The notes under the pieces: generated by a model
What the model was told of the DNA's origin: nothing
Databases searched by the model: none
Seen by the model: only the letters and a program-made list of their open reading frames with translations
Program-made: the position numbers and the translations under genes
Shown: positions 46,368 through 51,885 of the stretch, piece by piece
How the letters are laid out: every line of letters starts with the position of its first letter
Position numbering within the stretch: position 1 is the stretch's first letter
Assembly: GCA_023261595.1 (NCBI GenBank)
Contig: JAHFOQ010000003.1
Location: 1 to 51,885 of the forward strand
Length of the DNA stretch: 51,885 bases
Source: a bacterium
GTDB lineage: Bacteria; Patescibacteriota; Saccharimonadia; CAILAD01; BJGX01
Reading direction: 5' to 3'

Positions 46368-49190
46368 TTATTTTTTTAGTAAACGGGCCAAGTAATAACC
46401 GGTGTGACTATTTGTTATTTTAGCGATTTGCTCTGGAGTACCTTCACCTACAATAGTTCCTCCTCCGCTTCCGCCTTCTGGACCAAGATCAATAATCCAA
46501 TCAGCACTTTTAATAACATCTAAATTGTGTTCGATAATTAGTACTGAATTACCCATTGCTACTAATGCATTAAGCACCTCTAGGAGTTTTGCAACGTCTT
46601 CAAAGTGTAAGCCAGTTGTGGGTTCGTCGAGGATATAAAGTGTACGTCCTGTTGCTCTGCGGGCTAACTCGGCTGCAAGTTTAATTCGTTGTGCCTCACC
46701 GCCAGAAAGTGTAGTAGCAGGCTGACCAAGTTTAATATAGCCAAGCCCTACACTATGCAAGGTTTCGAGCTTACGAGAAATAGCCGGAATATTTGCAAAA
46801 AATTTGGCACCTTCTTCTACCGTCATTTCTAACACGTCTGATATATTTTTACCTTTATAGACTATCTCGAGTGCTTCGCGATTATACCGTTTACCATTAC
46901 AAACATCACATGTAACATACACATCTGGTAAAAAATGCATTTCAATTTTTATAATTCCATCACCTTTACAGTTTTCACAACGTCCGCCTTTTACATTAAA
47001 GCTAAATCGTCCTGAACTATAGCCACGTATCTTTGCTTCTGGCACCATTGCAAATAAATCTCGAATATCATTAAATGCCCCTGTGTATGTGGCTGGGTTA
47101 GAACGTGGCGTACGGCCAATTGGGCTTTGATTGATATCAATCACTTTATCGAGGTGCTCCATACCACGAATTTCTTTAAATTTTCCGGTTGGCTCTTGGC
47201 TCCGATGATATTCTTGAGAAAGTTTACGAGCCAAAATATCATTAATTAAGCTCGACTTACCACTACCCGATACTCCACTTACTACGGTCATTACACCGAG
47301 TGGAATTTTAACCGAAACATCTTTTAGATTATGTTCGGTAGCACCAACAATTTCTAAGTACCGGCCGTCTGATTTACGTCGTTTCTGTGGCACTGCCACA
47401 ACTTTTTTACCTGAAAGATATTGTCCGGTAAGTGAATTTTTATTCTTCGCTACTTCGCTCGGTGTACCAATAGCAACAACTTCACCACCATGTTCGCCGG
47501 CCAGTGGACCAATATCTACTACGTAGTCAGCCGCCAAAATTGTGTCTTCGTCGTGTTCTACTACAATTACGGTGTTCCCTACATCGCGCAAACGGCGCAG
47601 TGTTTCGATGAGCTTATCATTATCACGTTGATGTAAACCAATAGAAGGTTCGTCGAGAATATACAGCACTCCCATTAGGCTTGATCCAATCTGGGTTGCC
47701 AATCGAATACGCTGGGCTTCGCCACCGGCTAGTGTATTTGCACTACGTTCGAGCGTTAGGTATCCCAAACCAACATCAAAGAGAAAACTCAAGCGTGCTT
47801 CAATTTCCTTAAGAATTTGCTTCGCAATAATTGTTTGTTGTGCGTCGAGCTTTAAGTTTTTAAAATAATCAAATGCATCAGCTACTGTTAGCTCAGTTAC
47901 ATCTGCAATTGATTGACCAGCAATAGTTATAGCAAGCACTTCTGGTTTTAATCGTTTGCCACCACAACTTTCACATAGCTGAGTAGTCATGTATTTTTCA
48001 ATTTCACGTTTTACAAAGTCGCTATCAGATTCGCGATAGCGGCGCTGCATATTTGGAATAACTCCTTCAAACTTTGTTTTGTAGGTTCTGCCACCGGGGC
48101 CAGGTACACCAATAACTTCTTCGCCAGTACCATAAAATAAGATCTTTTTATCTCTTTCACTTAAGTCTGCTACCGGAACATCTAGTCGGAATTTATGAGC
48201 CTTTGCGACAGATTCGAGCAACTTGGTATACCAACTCATTCGTTGTGTGGTACGACTCCATGGTCGAATTGCACCTTCTAAAATACTGAGTTTTGTATTT
48301 GGCACAATTAAGTCGGGGTCAACAATTAATAACGATCCAAGCCCCATACAATTTGTACAAGCACCGTGCGGAGAGTTAAAACTAAACAGGCGTGGCTCTA
48401 TTTCTGGCAATGCAAAAGCTGAATCAGTAGTTGTGTAGTGTTCAGAAAATAATTGCTCTTCGTTGGTGTCATAATTAATAACATTAATTACTCCTTCACC
48501 AAGGTGTAAGGCAGCCTCTACGGCTTCTACAAGTCGCTGTGGGTTTTCGGTATCGACACTTAATCTGTCTACCGCAATCTCGATAGTATGCTTCTTTTGT
48601 TTGTCTAAATCTGGAACTTCATCAATTTCAATTAACTTACCATCCAGCCGAACGCGAGTATATCCAGCCTTACGAGCTTCATCGAGCAAATGACGATGTT
48701 CGCCTTTTTTATCTTTAACAATAGGTGCCAAGATAATAATTTTGCTCTCTTTTGGATAGTTTTTAATTGTATCAACAATTTGTTGTGGAGTTTGTTTACT
48801 TAGCACTTCACCTGTATTCGGATCGTGCGGAATGCCTACACGAGCATAGAGCAACCGGAGATAATCGTAAATTTCTGTAACTGTTGCTACGGTAGAACGT
48901 GGATTGCGAGAAGAAGATTTTTGATCGATCGAGATTGCTGGGCTTAAGCCTTCTATCTGATCAACATCTGGTTTTTCCATTAAACCTAAGAATTGTCGTG
49001 CATATGCGCTGAGAGATTCTACATACCGTCGCTGACCTTCGGCATAGATAGTATCGAATGCGAGAGATGATTTGCCAGAACCAGAGAGTCCGGTAATTAC
49101 AACCAGCTTGTCGCGTGGTATGGTGAGATCGATATTTTTTAAGTTGTGCTCTCGAGCACCTTTAATAACTATCTTGTCATGCATACTCAT
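46368..49190 (-). CDS. uvrA: Excinuclease ABC subunit A
   Basis: [18 protein letters not shown], two ABC cassettes, [16 protein letters not shown]...CDVC. Confidence 0.98.
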   Translation of the reverse strand: MSMHDKIVIKGAREHNLKNIDLTIPRDKLVVITGLSGSGKSSLAFDTIYAEGQRRYVESLSAYARQFLGLMEKPDVDQIEGLSPAISIDQKSSSRNPRSTVATVTEIYDYLRLLYARVGIPHDPNTGEVLSKQTPQQIVDTIKNYPKESKIIILAPIVKDKKGEHRHLLDEARKAGYTRVRLDGKLIEIDEVPDLDKQKKHTIEIAVDRLSVDTENPQRLVEAVEAALHLGEGVINVINYDTNEEQLFSEHYTTTDSAFALPEIEPRLFSFNSPHGACTNCMGLGSLLIVDPDLIVPNTKLSILEGAIRPWSRTTQRMSWYTKLLESVAKAHKFRLDVPVADLSERDKKILFYGTGEEVIGVPGPGGRTYKTKFEGVIPNMQRRYRESDSDFVKREIEKYMTTQLCESCGGKRLKPEVLAITIAGQSIADVTELTVADAFDYFKNLKLDAQQTIIAKQILKEIEARLSFLFDVGLGYLTLERSANTLAGGEAQRIRLATQIGSSLMGVLYILDEPSIGLHQRDNDKLIETLRRLRDVGNTVIVVEHDEDTILAADYVVDIGPLAGEHGGEVVAIGTPSEVAKNKNSLTGQYLSGKKVVAVPQKRRKSDGRYLEIVGATEHNLKDVSVKIPLGVMTVVSGVSGSGKSSLINDILARKLSQEYHRSQEPTGKFKEIRGMEHLDKVIDINQSPIGRTPRSNPATYTGAFNDIRDLFAMVPEAKIRGYSSGRFSFNVKGGRCENCKGDGIIKIEMHFLPDVYVTCDVCNGKRYNREALEIVYKGKNISDVLEMTVEEGAKFFANIPAISRKLETLHSVGLGYIKLGQPATTLSGGEAQRIKLAAELARRATGRTLYILDEPTTGLHFEDVAKLLEVLNALVAMGNSVLIIEHNLDVIKSADWIIDLGPEGGSGGGTIVGEGTPEQIAKITNSHTGYYLARLLKK

Positions 49191-49324
49191 TCAATCCTTT
49201 CGTCGAATTTCGACGTAATTCAAGGTTCAATTGTACTCCCTCTGTCAATATTATTCAAGTAGTTACACCTGTTCCTCCTGAGATAATTCAGGTAAAATAA
49301 TAAGCATAACTAAAAAGGAAAACT

Positions 49325-49684
49325 ATGGCAGAAGCACCACGAATAGGCGACCCGAATGATATTAATGCTGGCATAGGCCAAGCAGCATACGAAAGTGCAA
49401 AAAAAGAAATACCAACGGCATACGGGCGAGCTCAGGCTATTGAACCAGGTACACCATCAGCAGACATGATTACTCATGTACCAAGCCAAGAAGAATTAGT
49501 TGCTCAAAAAAATGAGACTTTTGATGCAGAACTAAACCGCATGCAAAATGGTTTAAAAAATTTAAGTGAATACACTGTACCGCATGCCGATGTAGTTCAT
49601 CTTGAACATGTTAAAAAGAATCTAGAGGAATATTTACACTCTCTTGCTAAGATTATCGAAGCTAAAAAAGCAGGTCAGTACTAG
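49325..49684 (+). CDS. Hypothetical protein (ORFan)
   Basis: 119-aa ORF, AAGGA SD, TAAAAT upstream. Confidence 0.65.
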   Translation: MAEAPRIGDPNDINAGIGQAAYESAKKEIPTAYGRAQAIEPGTPSADMITHVPSQEELVAQKNETFDAELNRMQNGLKNLSEYTVPHADVVHLEHVKKNLEEYLHSLAKIIEAKKAGQY

Positions 49685-49687
49685 ACA

Positions 49688-50638
49688 TTATTGGTTAGCT
49701 TGATATTCACGTGCCAGAGCCATAACTGCCTTCCGAGCAGCCTCGCTCATCTGAGACTGTAAAGCTACTTTAAGCTGATCAGCAATAATCGCTAAACTTG
49801 CAGAGTCTGTCACATCACCTCCGGCTACGCCATAACCATCTATTTCTCTAGCCCGTATATAGTATCCATCAGTAGCAGTCGCCCCTTTGAGTTCTTTATG
49901 TGCCACTAGTGCGTCAAGTCGAAATTTATGCCCTTGTACAGTAAATTCAACAGAGGTTAAATCAGTATTTGGCTCGTGAATTTCTGGTTCGCTGTCGTTA
50001 AACATTTGTTGCAGCACTACAATTTCAGCCGCTGGCAATCCATTTTGCAATGCAAATTCTCTCAGCTGCTGATTACGTTCTGTATTTCCCAGCTCAGTGC
50101 CATCTTCTTTTATGCGTATATAGACTCCAGCTATTTTTCCTTTTTCCACATTTACTTGATTGTAATTATCGGTTCGAGTTTCTTCTAGAACACGTCGTGG
50201 ACTAGGAATGACCGCTTGCCTATCCATATCGTTAAGACCCGAATCATACGACCATGCTCCTAAGACAGCTTCATTTTCTGAAGGCGGTTCGATGATAAGC
50301 CCAGACATACCCTCAAACGTCCAAAGATGAGCTTGGTCTATTAGGCTTGTATTGAGAGGTCTGTCGGTCAAAGTAAATTCACCTAAGCCCAGTTGATTTA
50401 CTCTATCCTGAATGTCGAGTGGTGCATGAACCATAAAAGCAAAGTACTCCGTCGGTTCATATCGGCGAGACTCGGGTTTGGTCATATACTCACTGTAAGA
50501 TTCTTTTTTTTCTTTCTCCATATCTGCTCTACCATTCTCCATCCCAGACTTCAACTCGGCATACAGATTACGACGTTCATTATGATGATAAGTGCTATCA
50601 CCAGTTTCGGTCGAATCTTGAATGGACTGCTCGCTCAT
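49688..50638 (-). CDS. Hypothetical protein translationally coupled to uvrB
   Basis: 316-aa ORF with ATGA overlap at the uvrB stop. Confidence 0.75.
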   Translation of the reverse strand: MSEQSIQDSTETGDSTYHHNERRNLYAELKSGMENGRADMEKEKKESYSEYMTKPESRRYEPTEYFAFMVHAPLDIQDRVNQLGLGEFTLTDRPLNTSLIDQAHLWTFEGMSGLIIEPPSENEAVLGAWSYDSGLNDMDRQAVIPSPRRVLEETRTDNYNQVNVEKGKIAGVYIRIKEDGTELGNTERNQQLREFALQNGLPAAEIVVLQQMFNDSEPEIHEPNTDLTSVEFTVQGHKFRLDALVAHKELKGATATDGYYIRAREIDGYGVAGGDVTDSASLAIIADQLKVALQSQMSEAARKAVMALAREYQANQ

Positions 50639-51885
50639 TTCTTCCCTATTCTCTTACTACCTACTATTTCTTTAATATCTTCTATCTGATCTCTTAGTTC
50701 TGCAGCCTTTTCAAACTGCAGGTTCGCGGCTGCCAATTCCATCTGTTCATTTAATTGTTTGGTTAGAAATACCAATTCGTCTTTTGGAATTTTACTAAAG
50801 TCTATGTTGGCAACATCTGTTGTTTCTGCTTCGGTTTGTTGGTGCATCGTTTCGGCCAGGGCTTTTTCTACCGTACGCGGTGTAATGCCATGTTTTTTGT
50901 TATATGCTTCTTGCACTGCGCGACGTTCGGTAGTAATTTTTATAGCTCTCTCCATTGAGCCAGTTACTTTATCGGCATACATTATTACTTTTCCTTCTTG
51001 ATGTCTGGCGGCTCGACCAATTGTCTGAATAAGTGAAGTTTCTGAACGTAAAAATCCTTCTTTATCAGCATCGATAATAGCAACAAGGCTCACCTCTGGT
51101 AGATCTAAACCTTCGCGCAATAGATTAATACCTACCAAAACGTCATACACACCTAATCGCAGATCGCGCAAAATATCGGTACGTTCAAACGTATCTACAT
51201 CACTATGTAAATATTGTACTTTTATGCCAATTTCTAATAAATACTCAGTTAGGTCTTCTGCAATTCTCTTAGTTAGTGTAGTAACAAGTGTGCGTTGGCC
51301 ATTTTTGGTTCTTTCTCGAATTTCGGCGATAAGATCGTCTACCTGATGATCACTTGGTCGAACTTCTATAATTGGGTCGAGTAATCCAGTTGGGCGAATA
51401 ATTTGTTGTACTTTTGTTTTACTTCGACTAAGTTCGTATTCGCTTGGTGTTGCAGAAACGTAAATAACTTTATTAATATGTCGTTCAAACTCGGTAAAGT
51501 TTAGTGGTCGGTTATCGAGAGCGGAAGGCAAACGGAATCCATGCTCTATAAGCGTTTCTTTGCGTGCTTTGTCTCCGTTAAACATTCCTCCAACTTGCGG
51601 GATGGTAATATGACTTTCATCAACAAACATTAAATAATCATCAGGAAAATAATCGAGCAATGTAGCAGGCTGTGAACCCGGCTCTCTATTAGTAAGGTAA
51701 CGTGAATAGTTTTCAATTCCTTTAACGAATCCAGTCTGTTCCATAATTTCTACATCGTACTGTACCCTACTTTCTAACCTTTGAGCTTCGAGTAACTTAT
51801 CTTGGCTCTTAAACCACGCCACCCGTTCTTCGGCTTCTTCTTTTATCTGCACTATTGCGCGTTGCAACTGTTCTTTCGGTGTAAC
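50635..51885 (-). CDS. uvrB: Excinuclease ABC subunit B (5' part outside window)
   Basis: [50 protein letters not shown]-terminal UVR domain. Confidence 0.98.
   Translation of the reverse strand, partial: VTPKEQLQRAIVQIKEEAEERVAWFKSQDKLLEAQRLESRVQYDVEIMEQTGFVKGIENYSRYLTNREPGSQPATLLDYFPDDYLMFVDESHITIPQVGGMFNGDKARKETLIEHGFRLPSALDNRPLNFTEFERHINKVIYVSATPSEYELSRSKTKVQQIIRPTGLLDPIIEVRPSDHQVDDLIAEIRERTKNGQRTLVTTLTKRIAEDLTEYLLEIGIKVQYLHSDVDTFERTDILRDLRLGVYDVLVGINLLREGLDLPEVSLVAIIDADKEGFLRSETSLIQTIGRAARHQEGKVIMYADKVTGSMERAIKITTERRAVQEAYNKKHGITPRTVEKALAETMHQQTEAETTDVANIDFSKIPKDELVFLTKQLNEQMELAAANLQFEKAAELRDQIEDIKEIVGSKRIGKK

Overview
AT-rich bacterial chromosomal segment using genetic code 11. Gene content and style suggest a small-genome Patescibacteria (CPR, Saccharibacteria-like) organism; this is inference. 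The backbone is mostly on the minus strand: clpC, nusA, yraN, rnhB, rplS, dnaE, gatCAB, ligA, lemA, secG, uvrC, uvrA and uvrB. folD is on the plus strand, and there are seven tRNAs. Single ORFan cassettes, each with its own consensus promoter, are interspersed in the backbone. The most notable element is a ~15 kb surface-structure locus (30968-45873). It encodes a DUF916/WxLIP-like membrane-anchored chaperone, three secreted paralogous WxL/pilin-like subunits, a membrane-anchored PKD protein, a Crp/Fnr regulator with candidate operator palindromes, and a 2921-aa mosaic fibre adhesin with an internal S74 autochaperone. No usher or sortase is present in the window. Other highlights: a perfect CIRCE over the nusA-clpC promoter; tRNA-Leu 3'-derived 90-bp repeats bracketing a DHFR-like cargo gene; an Rpf-type muralytic enzyme; a HEPN-motif gene wedged between gatA and gatB; loss of Cys metal ligands in LigA, UvrA and UvrC; tRNAs with covarying elbow nucleotides; and widespread leaderless promoter architecture. 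Family assignments come from motif recognition by eye, not from database searches.
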